From positions 1-57,220 of the forward strand of contig DCBE01000019.1 of the NCBI GenBank assembly GCA_002313325.1: a stretch of 57,220 bases of DNA. The letters are read 5' to 3'. This document shows positions 9,525-18,252 of the stretch, in pieces; the stretch's first letter is position 1; every line of letters begins with the position of its first letter. Below the pieces are notes generated by a model. It worked only from the letters and a program-made list of their open reading frames with translations. It had not been told where the DNA came from and did no database searches. This DNA comes from Flavobacteriaceae bacterium UBA1115. GTDB lineage: Bacteria > Bacteroidota > Bacteroidia > Flavobacteriales > Flavobacteriaceae. The position numbers were made by a program, and so were the translations under genes.

Positions 9525-9527
9525 ATA

Positions 9528-9881
9528 TTAATTGTTGGGTTTGATACTTGTTTTGTCCGTTGGATTTACCAAAGAATCGATATCGGTTACTCGGATGAGT
9601 TTATCCCAGCCTTCATCAACAGTATTGTCTTCCACGACTCCTTTGATATACACAGGGATCATGTCATATTCGTCGCGCTTAATGGGTGTGCACAAGTCGT
9701 TTAGCTCGTGCATTTTATCATCAATAATAACGCCGTATATTTCAGTTCCAGTATTGAGCACAGCAGCATCGGCCAGAAATAGAAATTCGCCAAAAAATTG
9801 CGGGTTTCCAGCTGATTTTTTTGAAATTTGCGCGCAAGAGACTACAAACGATAATATTAAAATAAAAATGGATTTTTTCAT
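9528..9881 (-). CDS. small lipoprotein with an NlpE C-terminal (OB-fold)-like motif, inserted between sufB and sufC
   Basis: 117 aa with signal peptide and lipobox MKKSIFILILSFVVSC. FFGEFLFLADAAVLNTGTEIYGV resembles the G-x-[FY]-x-[FY]-x-ADAA segment of the E. coli NlpE C-terminal domain (from memory). Same strand as the operon, with 3- and 12-nt spacers. Confidence 0.55.
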   Translation of the reverse strand: MKKSIFILILSFVVSCAQISKKSAGNPQFFGEFLFLADAAVLNTGTEIYGVIIDDKMHELNDLCTPIKRDEYDMIPVYIKGVVEDNTVDEGWDKLIRVTDIDSLVNPTDKTSIKPNN

Positions 9882-9893
9882 GAAATAGGGGAT

Positions 9894-11339
9894 TTATCCG
9901 ACAGAGCCTTCCAATGAAATCTCAAGTAGTTTTTGGGCTTCCACAGCAAACTCCATGGGCAGTTTATTTAAAACATCTTTACTAAAACCATTTACGATAA
10001 GCGCGATGGCTTTTTCAGTGTCTATACCACGCTGGTTACAATAGAATATTTGGTCTTCGCCAATTTTACTAGTCGTGGCTTCGTGTTCTATTTTGGCGCT
10101 TTTGCTCTTTGCCTCAATGTATGGGAACGTGTGTGCGCCGCAAGCATTGCCCATCAGCAGCGAATCGCATTGCGAAAAATTCCGTGCGTTTTTGGCATTA
10201 GCGCCAACTTTTACCAATCCGCGGTAACTGTTGTGCGATTGCCCTGCCGAAATACCTTTTGAAATAATGGTACTCTTGGTGCGTTTGCCCAAGTGAATCA
10301 TTTTGGTTCCTGTATCCGCTTGTTGGTGATTGTTGGTAACGGCAATCGAATAAAATTCGCCAATGCTATCGTTTCCTTTTAAAATACAAGAAGGGTATTT
10401 CCAAGTAACAGCAGAGCCTGTTTCTACTTGCGTCCAAGATATTTTGGAACGCTCGTGACAGATACCTCGTTTGGTTACAAAATTAAAAACGCCGCCCACG
10501 CCGTATTTGTCTCCCGGAAACCAGTTTTGCACGGTAGAATATTTTATTTCGGCATCGTCAAGGGCAATAAGTTCCACCACAGCTGCGTGCAATTGGTTTT
10601 CATCACGTGCAGGTGCAGTACAGCCTTCTAAATAACTCACATAACTACCTTCATCAGCAATCACAAGCGTACGCTCAAATTGTCCTGTTCCCGCTTGATT
10701 GATGCGGAAGTATGTAGACAGCTCCATGGGGCAGCGAACACCCTTAGGAATATAGCAAAACGACCCATCAGAAAACACCGCTGAATTAAGCGCCGCGTAG
10801 TAGTTGTCAGTTCGTGGAATGACAGAACCAATGTATTTTTTAACTAATTCAGGATGCTCCTTGATGGCTTCTGAAATGGAGCAGAAAATAATGCCTTTCT
10901 CTGCCAAGGTATCTTTAAAGGTGCTTGCAACCGAAACAGAATCCATTACGATATCAACAGCAACACCAGCCAATTTTTTTTGTTCCTCCAGTGAAATGCC
11001 CAGTTTTTCAAAAGTTTTAAGCAGCTCGGGGTCTACTTCGTCAAGGCTGTCGTATTTGACCTGCGCCTTGGGTGCAGAATAATATGCAATGCTCTGTAAG
11101 TCGGGCTTTTTGTATTTGACATTTGCCCAATCGGGCTCTTCCATTTGTTGGAATTTTTCAAAAGCTTCTAGGCGCCATTTGGTCATCCAAGCGGGCTCGC
11201 CCTTTCGATTAGAAATCGCACGTACAATATCTTGATTAAGCCCAACAGGGAACGTATCCGATTCTATATCGGTATAAAATCCGTATTCGTACTCTTTTGT
11301 TTCCAGCTCTTTTTTTAATTCTTCTTCAGTGTATGCCAT
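9894..11339 (-). CDS. sufB: Fe-S cluster assembly scaffold SufB
   Basis: 481 aa, highly conserved SufB sequence (e.g. [46 protein letters not shown]). Confidence 0.95.
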   Translation of the reverse strand: MAYTEEELKKELETKEYEYGFYTDIESDTFPVGLNQDIVRAISNRKGEPAWMTKWRLEAFEKFQQMEEPDWANVKYKKPDLQSIAYYSAPKAQVKYDSLDEVDPELLKTFEKLGISLEEQKKLAGVAVDIVMDSVSVASTFKDTLAEKGIIFCSISEAIKEHPELVKKYIGSVIPRTDNYYAALNSAVFSDGSFCYIPKGVRCPMELSTYFRINQAGTGQFERTLVIADEGSYVSYLEGCTAPARDENQLHAAVVELIALDDAEIKYSTVQNWFPGDKYGVGGVFNFVTKRGICHERSKISWTQVETGSAVTWKYPSCILKGNDSIGEFYSIAVTNNHQQADTGTKMIHLGKRTKSTIISKGISAGQSHNSYRGLVKVGANAKNARNFSQCDSLLMGNACGAHTFPYIEAKSKSAKIEHEATTSKIGEDQIFYCNQRGIDTEKAIALIVNGFSKDVLNKLPMEFAVEAQKLLEISLEGSVG

Positions 11340-11348
11340 AGCATTTGT

Positions 11349-11678
11349 TTAAAGTGAAAAACTCTCCCCACAACCACAGGTACGGTTGGCGTTTGGATTG
11401 TTGAATACAAATCCCTTGCCATTTAATCCTCCTGAATATTCTAGTGTCGTTCCTACAAGATACAAAAAGCTTTTTTTGTTTACCACAATGCGCACATCGT
11501 TGTCTTCAAAAATTTTATCGTCCTCACCAAGGTCGGCGTCAAACTTAAGCTCATAGGACAAGCCCGAACAGCCACCACTTTTAACACCTACGCGTACAAA
11601 GTGTGAGGTAATATCCACGCCATCGCTCAGCATCATCTGCACTACTTTTTCTTTTGCCTGTGACGAAACTTTTATCAT
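11349..11678 (-). CDS. sufA: A-type Fe-S carrier (IscA/SufA/HesB family)
   Basis: The ORF 11349..11708 has GCSGLSY and a C-terminal CGCGESF motif. ATG 11678 (MIKVSSQAKEKV) is preferred because the longer start would overlap the predicted -7 box. Confidence 0.85.
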   Translation of the reverse strand: MIKVSSQAKEKVVQMMLSDGVDITSHFVRVGVKSGGCSGLSYELKFDADLGEDDKIFEDNDVRIVVNKKSFLYLVGTTLEYSGGLNGKGFVFNNPNANRTCGCGESFSL

Positions 11679-11705
11679 AGCCTTGTTTGGATTAATTTTA
11701 AAGCA

Positions 11706-11713
11706 CAAATATA
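11706..11713 (-). promoter_or_regulatory. -7 box TATATTTG (minus strand), candidate suf operon promoter
   Basis: The reverse complement of caaatata is an exact TAnnTTTG match, about 28 nt upstream of sufA ATG 11678. Confidence 0.4.
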
Positions 11714-11810
11714 CGTATTTTGGGTTGATAGTTTAGTTGTCCGTATCAGGTTTATATATCGTGCTATTTGCCTTTTCAATTAACGCTTGAATTGTCAACC
11801 TAAAATAACC

Positions 11811-11818
11811 TAATTTTG
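11811..11818 (+). promoter_or_regulatory. -7 box TAATTTTG, 4 nt upstream of the thiL ATG
   Basis: Exact TAnnTTTG match, then cgcc, then ATG 11823. Confidence 0.4.
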
Positions 11819-11822
11819 CGCC

Positions 11823-12860
11823 ATGCTTGAAGAAAAAAAACCATCCAAAATCTCCCTTGAAGATTTAGGCGAATTTGCCTTAATCGAACAGCTTACGAAA
11901 TCGGCTACCACAGCCCTGCCCTCAACCCTTCACGGGATTGGCGACGATGCGGCGGTATTAAAGCACGAAGGCGAAATGGTGGTCAGTACCGATATGCTTG
12001 TGGAAGGTGTACATTTTGATTTGGGCTATATGCCCCTAAAACACTTGGGTTATAAAGCGGTAGTAGTAAACCTTTCGGATATCTATGCTATGGGCGCACA
12101 AGCCACACAAGTATTGGTATCGATCGCGGTTTCCAATCGCTTCACCTTAGAGGCCGTGGAAGAGCTATACTCTGGCATACACTTGGCGTGTAAGACCTAC
12201 GACGTTGACTTGGTTGGAGGCGATACCACGTCCTCCAAGCAAGGCATACAACTTTCGCTCACTGTGGTGGGTATTGCCCCCAAAACGGGTGCCATCAAGC
12301 GCAGTGGTGCCAACGAAAAAGATCTTTTGGTGGTTTCGGGAGATTTGGGAGCCGCCTATATGGGCTTGCAAGTGTTGGCACGTGAAAACGAAGTGTTTAA
12401 AGCCAACCCCAACCACAAACCTGACCTTGATCCCTACACCTATTTGGTGGAACGTCAGCTAAAACCCGAGGCGCGAAAAGACATCGTAACGCTTTTGGAA
12501 GCGCTTGAAGTTACGCCAACCTCCATGATAGACATCAGCGATGGACTGTCTTCTGAAATCTTGCATTTGTGTAAACAAAGCGAGGTAGGCTGCCGTCTAT
12601 ACGAAGAAAAGATCCCCCTTGACCCGCAGTTTATTGCTGTGTGTGAAGAATTTAATTTAGACAGTACCACGCTAGCGCTCAGTGGTGGTGAGGACTACGA
12701 ACTCTTGTTTACCATCAAGCAAGAAGATTTTAAAAAAATAAAAGCCAACCCCAACCTAACGGTTATTGGACACATGACCAGCAAGTCTCGCGGCGCAAAT
12801 TTGGTTACCCGTGGCGATGAGGTGATTCCGCTTAAAGCCCAAGGCTGGAAGGCGTTTTAG
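11823..12860 (+). CDS. thiL: thiamine-monophosphate kinase
   Basis: 345 aa with LGEFALIEQL, GIGDDAAV and DISDGL motifs of the AIR-synthase-related family. Confidence 0.9.
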   Translation: MLEEKKPSKISLEDLGEFALIEQLTKSATTALPSTLHGIGDDAAVLKHEGEMVVSTDMLVEGVHFDLGYMPLKHLGYKAVVVNLSDIYAMGAQATQVLVSIAVSNRFTLEAVEELYSGIHLACKTYDVDLVGGDTTSSKQGIQLSLTVVGIAPKTGAIKRSGANEKDLLVVSGDLGAAYMGLQVLARENEVFKANPNHKPDLDPYTYLVERQLKPEARKDIVTLLEALEVTPTSMIDISDGLSSEILHLCKQSEVGCRLYEEKIPLDPQFIAVCEEFNLDSTTLALSGGEDYELLFTIKQEDFKKIKANPNLTVIGHMTSKSRGANLVTRGDEVIPLKAQGWKAF

Positions 12861-14140
12861 TCATTCATCAACCCCTCAATTTCATCTGGGTCTATCGGGA
12901 TATTGGCCATTAAATTCACAGGCGCACCGCTTGCTTGCACCACCACATCATCTTCCAATCGGATACCAAAACCTTCATTAGGGATATAAATCCCCGGCTC
13001 AACTGTAAAGACCATATTGGGCTGCATGGGTTCGTCCAATAATCCGTAATCATGCGTATCCAAGCCCAAATGGTGGGAGGTACCGTGCATAAAGTACTTT
13101 TTATAGGCCTCGGCATTGTCCGACACCTCCTTTTTGGTTAGTAGGCCTAGATCGACTAGTGCGCTGCTCATCAGTTTACCTACTTCTATGTGATAAGCCT
13201 TCCAAAGCACACTAGGCATCAGCAACTGGGTGGCTTCATCTTTTACATTGAGTACGGCTTCATACACTGCTCGTTGTCGGGGGCTAAACCGTCCAGAAAC
13301 AGGAATAGTGCGTGTCATATCGGACGAATAGTTTCCGTATTCGGCACCAACGTCCATCAATATCAATTCGCCTGCTTTACACTGCCTGCTGTTTTCAATA
13401 TAGTGCAGTACATTGTTATTAGCTCCAGATGCAATGATGGGGGTATAGGCGAAGCCCTTGGATCGGTTGCGCAAAAATTCGTGTGCAAATGCTGCCTCAA
13501 TCTCAAACTCCCAAACACCCGGTTTTACAAAACCCAAGACGCGTTTAAACCCTTTTTCGGTAATGTTGCAAGCCTGTTGTATGTGTGCAATTTCTTCTTG
13601 GTCTTTTACCCCTCGCAATTCTTGTAAAATAAAATTACTTTTTTCGTAATTCTTTTTTGGAAATTGTTCCTTGCACCATGCTATAAAGCGATCTTCCCGC
13701 GTTTGGGTTTCTACTTTAGCACGGTAGTGCTCGTTGGTGTTGATGTAAATATTTTCGACCTGCTTGGCCAACGCCAAAAAGGATGCTTCAAAGTCTGAAG
13801 TCCACTGTACATTGTCAATGCCTGTTACGGCCGTAGCCTCACTTTTGGTGAGTTTGTGTCCTTCCCAAACGGTAATATATGCTTTAGTCTCCCGCACAAA
13901 AACCATTTCCCGTTGCTTTGGATCTTTTGCATCGGGACATAGGACAAGGATGGTTTCTTCCTGATCGACCCCCGTAAGGTAAAATAAATCACGCTGTTGC
14001 TCAAAAGGCAAAGTGCTATCGGCACTGATGGGATAAATGTCATTAGCATTAAATATGGCAATGCTTTTGGGCTTGAGTTTTGCCATAAAACGTTGGCGGT
14101 GTTTGGTAAAAACAGCAGAAGGGAGGCGTGTATATTTCAT
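12857..14140 (-). CDS. Xaa-Pro aminopeptidase (peptidase M24B)
   Basis: The ORF 12857..14167 has an N-terminal AMP_N domain plus metal ligands in DVGAEYGNYSSDMTRT, HGTSHHLGLDTHD and VEPGIY...IRLEDD. ATG 14140 (MKYTRLP) is preferred. Confidence 0.85.
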   Translation of the reverse strand: MKYTRLPSAVFTKHRQRFMAKLKPKSIAIFNANDIYPISADSTLPFEQQRDLFYLTGVDQEETILVLCPDAKDPKQREMVFVRETKAYITVWEGHKLTKSEATAVTGIDNVQWTSDFEASFLALAKQVENIYINTNEHYRAKVETQTREDRFIAWCKEQFPKKNYEKSNFILQELRGVKDQEEIAHIQQACNITEKGFKRVLGFVKPGVWEFEIEAAFAHEFLRNRSKGFAYTPIIASGANNNVLHYIENSRQCKAGELILMDVGAEYGNYSSDMTRTIPVSGRFSPRQRAVYEAVLNVKDEATQLLMPSVLWKAYHIEVGKLMSSALVDLGLLTKKEVSDNAEAYKKYFMHGTSHHLGLDTHDYGLLDEPMQPNMVFTVEPGIYIPNEGFGIRLEDDVVVQASGAPVNLMANIPIDPDEIEGLMND

Positions 14141-14182
14141 ATCGTAAAGTAAAAAAATTATATTCACATAAAATTATTACCT

Positions 14183-17002
14183 ATGAAACATCTACTATTT
14201 TGCCTTGTTTTTTCGCTAGCATTCGCCCAACCTTCAGCGACTCCCCCTATTCATATTCAGCAAATATACAATCAGTTGGAGGCACTTGAAGCCACATCAT
14301 GGGTGGCGGAATTGCCGTTAAAAAACATTGGGCCTAGTGTTATGAGTGGTCGGGTAACCGATTTGGACGTAAACCCCAACGCTACACACGAATTTTATGT
14401 AGCATATGCTTCTGGGGGTTTGTGGTATACAAATAATAACGGTACCAGTTTTACGCCGGTTATGGACAACAGCTCCACCCAAAACATAGGGGACATAGCG
14501 GTGCACTGGCCCACGCATACCATTTATGTAGGGACGGGCGAAAACAATGCATCAAGGTCTTCGTATGCTGGAATGGGTATTCTAAAATCCACAGACAAGG
14601 GCAGGCTTTGGACGCCAATATCATTAGCAGCTGCGCATCATATTGGTAAAATCGAAATCAACCCAAATAACCCCGACGAGGTGGTTGTTGGTGTGGTAGG
14701 CCCGCTCTATTCCAAGAGCAATGCAAGAGGCATTTATAAAACCACAAACGGCGGACAAACATGGGAACAAACGCTTGTTTTACCTGATCCGACAGGGATA
14801 ATTGAACTTAGCGTTTTGCCAGGGAATTACAACATACAATACGCCGCAGCTTGGGAAAAAGATCGTAAAGCATGGGATTTCACAGGCAGTGGCGCCAATT
14901 CGGGGATTTATAAAAGTACCGACGCAGGCAACAGTTGGACCTTAATAAGCACGCCGCAAAGTGGCTTTTTACAAGGTGAAGGCGTAGGCCGCATAGGCCT
15001 AGCGGCATTTGATGCCAACACGCTATATGCCATTGTAGACAATCAGGCAAGAAGACCGCGTTTTGACACCCCCCAAGCCAAACTCAAAAAGCAAGATTTT
15101 GAGGGGATATCACTCGAGGCTTTTATGGCCATGGACAAAAAGCTACTCGGCACCTTTTTAAAAGACAATGGTTTTCCAAAAGTATACACAGCCGATCGTG
15201 TTCGTGAGGAGGTACGTAATGGCAAGCTAAAACCGTCTGATTTAGCACTCTTTTTGTACAATGCCAACGATGATTTGTTTGACACTCCTGTTGTGGGGCC
15301 AGAAGTGTTTCGTAGCGACGACGGGGGGCAGACGTGGAGCAAAACACATGCCGGATTTTTGGATGACATTTATTACAGCTACGGTTATTATTTTGGTATG
15401 GTACACGTATCTCCCTCCGATAAAAATCACATTTACATCTATGGAGTACCGATATTGACATCTACAGATGGAGGTAAATCGTTTAAAACACTAGATGCTG
15501 CCAATGTGCATGCCGATCACCACGCCTTGTGGATTAACCCCAAAAACCCACAGCACCTTGTGAATGGGAACGACGGCGGGGTCAACATTACTTATGACGG
15601 AGGTCAAAATTGGATCAAAGCAAATCAACCTACGGTGGGTCAATTTTATACGGTCTATGCCGACACTCAAAAGCCTTATCACGTCTATGGCGGCTTGCAA
15701 GACAACGGCGTTTGGGAGACCATTCATACTGCAACAGAAAGTGTGCGATGGCACCAAAGCGGTCATAACCCTTGGACGAGTATAATGGGAGGCGATGGCA
15801 TGCAAATTCAAGTTGATAAACGTAATCCTAATATTGTCTACACAGGCTATCAGTTCGGGAATTATTTCCGTTTAGATCGTGTTACCAATAAACGCAAATA
15901 CATACAACCCAAACACAAGCTAGGCGAGGCGCCTTTTCGTTTCAACTGGCAAACTCCCATATTATTATCTGTTCACAACAACGACATTATTTACCTAGGC
16001 AGCAACAAACTTCACCGTTCGTTGAAACAAGGCGACGATTGGGAGGCTATTTCTGAGGACCTTACAAAAGGTGCTAGAAAAGGAAATGTGCCTTTTGGCA
16101 CCCTAACGGCTATTGATGAGTCACGAGATACTTTTGGAACTCTGGTGGTGGGTTCAGATGATGGGCTTATTCACCTCACCCAAAACAGCGGTACAACTTG
16201 GCGTTGTATCAGTAATAATTTACCTCAAGATTTGTGGGTAAGTAGGGTGCAATTCTCCAAGCACAACCCTGACCGCATCTACGCAACGCTAAACGGTTAT
16301 CGTTGGGACGATTTCAATCCCTATGTCTATGTTTCAAATGATTTGGGCGTAAGCTGGACTGATATCAGTAGCAACTTGCCCAGGTCCCCTGTGAATGTAA
16401 TCCGTGAAGATGCAACTAATAAAAACCTGTTGTATGTTGGAACTGACAACGGACTGTTTGTGAGTATAGACGGAGGAAAAAACTGGCATATTTTTAATAA
16501 AAACTTGCCGCGTGTAGCTGTACATGATTTATTTATTCAAGAAAAAGCAAACCATTTATTAGTGGGTACGCATGGGCGCTCCATTTACATGCTTGAGTTG
16601 GATGCCGTACAGCAGTTACCCAAAGTGTACGATAAAAAATTTGCAGTAATGGCTCCAAAAATACAAAAATATAATAAGCGTTGGGGCAATAAGACAAGAG
16701 TATGGTATGACGCTTTTTCGCCTTCATTTCATTGGACTTTTTTCTCTCAAGAGCCATCTGAAGGTGTTTGGACTTTGGTTTCTGACAAAGGAGTTGTTGT
16801 ATTTGAGCAAGCGATTAGCTTGCACAAAGGGCTTCAACAATTACCGTACAATTTAACCACAGATAATACAGTTATTAAACAATTTAATCGCAAGCATAAA
16901 ACGGATTTAAAGCCCGCTGGTGATGGTAATGTATACATCCCTAAAGGGACATATACTTTTTTCTGGAACGACGAGGAGTATACAAAACTCGTTTTGGAGT
17001 AG
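14183..17002 (+). CDS. secreted BNR/Asp-box repeat protein (sortilin/VPS10-like beta-propeller, annotated in relatives as glycosyl hydrolase)
   Basis: 939 aa with signal peptide MKHLLFCLVFSLAFAQ. Repeated S-x-D-x-G-x-T-W Asp-boxes are present (TTNGGQTWE, STDAGNSWT, SDDGGQTWS, TSTDGGKSF, YDGGQNW, QNSGTTW, SNDLGVSW, SIDGGKNW). Confidence 0.75.
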   Translation: MKHLLFCLVFSLAFAQPSATPPIHIQQIYNQLEALEATSWVAELPLKNIGPSVMSGRVTDLDVNPNATHEFYVAYASGGLWYTNNNGTSFTPVMDNSSTQNIGDIAVHWPTHTIYVGTGENNASRSSYAGMGILKSTDKGRLWTPISLAAAHHIGKIEINPNNPDEVVVGVVGPLYSKSNARGIYKTTNGGQTWEQTLVLPDPTGIIELSVLPGNYNIQYAAAWEKDRKAWDFTGSGANSGIYKSTDAGNSWTLISTPQSGFLQGEGVGRIGLAAFDANTLYAIVDNQARRPRFDTPQAKLKKQDFEGISLEAFMAMDKKLLGTFLKDNGFPKVYTADRVREEVRNGKLKPSDLALFLYNANDDLFDTPVVGPEVFRSDDGGQTWSKTHAGFLDDIYYSYGYYFGMVHVSPSDKNHIYIYGVPILTSTDGGKSFKTLDAANVHADHHALWINPKNPQHLVNGNDGGVNITYDGGQNWIKANQPTVGQFYTVYADTQKPYHVYGGLQDNGVWETIHTATESVRWHQSGHNPWTSIMGGDGMQIQVDKRNPNIVYTGYQFGNYFRLDRVTNKRKYIQPKHKLGEAPFRFNWQTPILLSVHNNDIIYLGSNKLHRSLKQGDDWEAISEDLTKGARKGNVPFGTLTAIDESRDTFGTLVVGSDDGLIHLTQNSGTTWRCISNNLPQDLWVSRVQFSKHNPDRIYATLNGYRWDDFNPYVYVSNDLGVSWTDISSNLPRSPVNVIREDATNKNLLYVGTDNGLFVSIDGGKNWHIFNKNLPRVAVHDLFIQEKANHLLVGTHGRSIYMLELDAVQQLPKVYDKKFAVMAPKIQKYNKRWGNKTRVWYDAFSPSFHWTFFSQEPSEGVWTLVSDKGVVVFEQAISLHKGLQQLPYNLTTDNTVIKQFNRKHKTDLKPAGDGNVYIPKGTYTFFWNDEEYTKLVLE

Positions 17003-17047
17003 TTTTGTTTCATTTTCCCGGACATATTATGGAAATTGATTAAACAA

Positions 17048-17129
17048 AACTTTGTAACACATTAGAATCAGTATAAATAGAATAAATCTTTGCTATATAC
17101 ATTTCTATAGATTAACTTTGTAACACATT
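17048..17129 (+). repeat. two perfect 16-nt direct repeats AACTTTGTAACACATT (17048-17063 and 17114-17129) upstream of sdhC
   Basis: Read directly from the sequence. The copies are 66 nt apart (start to start). The second copy overlaps the candidate -7 box TAACTTTG. Confidence 0.9.
17113..17120 (+). promoter_or_regulatory. -7 box TAACTTTG, candidate sdhCAB promoter
   Basis: Exact TAnnTTTG match 18 nt upstream of the sdhC TTG 17138. It is embedded in repeat copy 2. Confidence 0.35.
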
Positions 17130-17137
17130 TTACTGTA

Positions 17138-17797
17138 TTGAAAAATTCAACTATCTTAAGAAAAGTGTCAATGGCACTTTCAGGACTATTTTTAATAATA
17201 TTTCTGCTACAACATTTTATAATAAATATCACTTCTGTTTTCGATGGAAGTGTATTTAATTGGTTATCTCACTTTATGGGAACAAACCCATTGGTTCAAT
17301 TTATATTACAACCTATTCTTATTGCTGGTGTAATTTTTCATTTTGTTATGGGGTTTATTTTAGACTTACAAAATAAAAAAGCTAGAGGCACTAGATATAA
17401 AGTTTTTAAAGGAAATAGTAATGCGAGTTGGGTTTCTAGAAACATGATTATATCTGGCAGTACAGTTCTTTCTTTTTTAGTTCTTCATTTTTATGATTTT
17501 TGGATTCCTGAAATTGACTACAAGTATATCAAGGTTTTACCTGATGATCCACACCGATATTATGAGGAGTTGATTCATAAATTTGATAATTTAACACGAG
17601 TTGTAATCTATGTTGTTTCATTTCTTTTCTTAGCTCTTCATTTATCTCATGGTTTTGCCTCCGCATTTCAGACAATGGGATTTAATAACAAGTATACCGT
17701 AATAGTTAAATCAATTGGCAAGCTTTATTCAATTGGAATCCCACTCGGCTTTGCTTTTATTGCAGTTTTTCATCACATAAATTACCATTATCTATGA
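17138..17797 (+). CDS. sdhC: succinate dehydrogenase/fumarate reductase cytochrome b subunit (b558 family)
   Basis: 219 aa with five predicted TM segments and conserved MALSGLFLIIFLLQH and heme-ligand His residues. It sits immediately upstream of sdhA/sdhB. A TTG start is proposed; the in-frame ATG 17171 is the alternative. G+C is very low (25% in 17138-17237 by hand count). Confidence 0.8.
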   Translation: MKNSTILRKVSMALSGLFLIIFLLQHFIINITSVFDGSVFNWLSHFMGTNPLVQFILQPILIAGVIFHFVMGFILDLQNKKARGTRYKVFKGNSNASWVSRNMIISGSTVLSFLVLHFYDFWIPEIDYKYIKVLPDDPHRYYEELIHKFDNLTRVVIYVVSFLFLALHLSHGFASAFQTMGFNNKYTVIVKSIGKLYSIGIPLGFAFIAVFHHINYHYL

Positions 17798-17826
17798 AAC
17801 CTACATCAAATACTTCCATAAAAATA

Positions 17827-17871
17827 GTGTTACAAAAAATAATTATTACAGATCACAATGTGTGACAAAAT
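17827..17871 (-). repeat. two inverted copies of the same motif (GTGTTACAAA 17827-17836; AATGTGTGACAAAAT 17857-17871) in the sdhC-sdhA spacer
   Basis: The reverse complements read TTTGTAACAC (10/10 core match) and ATTTTGTCACACATT (TTTGTCACACATT, 12/13 match to the upstream repeat). Confidence 0.8.
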
Positions 17872-17883
17872 CAATATAATAAG

Positions 17884-18252
17884 GTGAAAAAAATTACGTA
17901 TTCATTAAATTACAGAAAACCAAAAAAGTCATACAAACAAGATGATGAATTGACGGTTTGTTTGCGCTCTTATCAAAAATTACAAAATGGCAAATTTAAA
18001 GTAATAAAAAAAAGCACAGGCATTAAATGCAAACTTCGTGATTGGGATTCGGACTGGCATAAATCTTCTGCAAGGAACCCGATAAAATCATCTGACGACA
18101 ATTTTCTTGATAAAAATAGATTGTTAAAAGATAAATCAATTGAATTTCATGCCAAGCTTTTCAATTTGTTAAAACCCAATGGGTATAATGAGTCTGTTAA
18201 TAAATTATCCCCATCAACAGACCTCAAATTAGAAAATAAAATTATTCAATCA
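17884..18252 (+). mobile_element. possible remnant of a tyrosine-integrase 5' end (Arm DNA-binding-domain-like), fused in frame to sdhA
   Basis: The translation [72 protein letters not shown] follows the pattern of Bacteroidota integrase N-terminal Arm domains as I recall them. G+C is 28% in 17884-17983. No catalytic integrase domain is present. Confidence 0.35.

Noticed and set aside
9532-9888. A 118-aa ORF on the plus strand that mirrors almost exactly the 117-aa minus-strand lipoprotein gene in the suf operon.
   Set aside because: The plus-strand product is Ser/Thr-rich and featureless and runs against the operon orientation. The minus-strand product has a signal peptide, a lipobox and a recognisable ADAA motif. 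I treat it as an antisense shadow ORF.
13190-13627. A 145-aa ORF antisense to the aminopeptidase gene. Comparable cases are 21423..21857 in the nitrilase-family gene and 38927..39277 in the RND gene.
   Set aside because: They are embedded in well-supported CDS on the opposite strand and have no recognisable motifs, signal sequences or promoter boxes.
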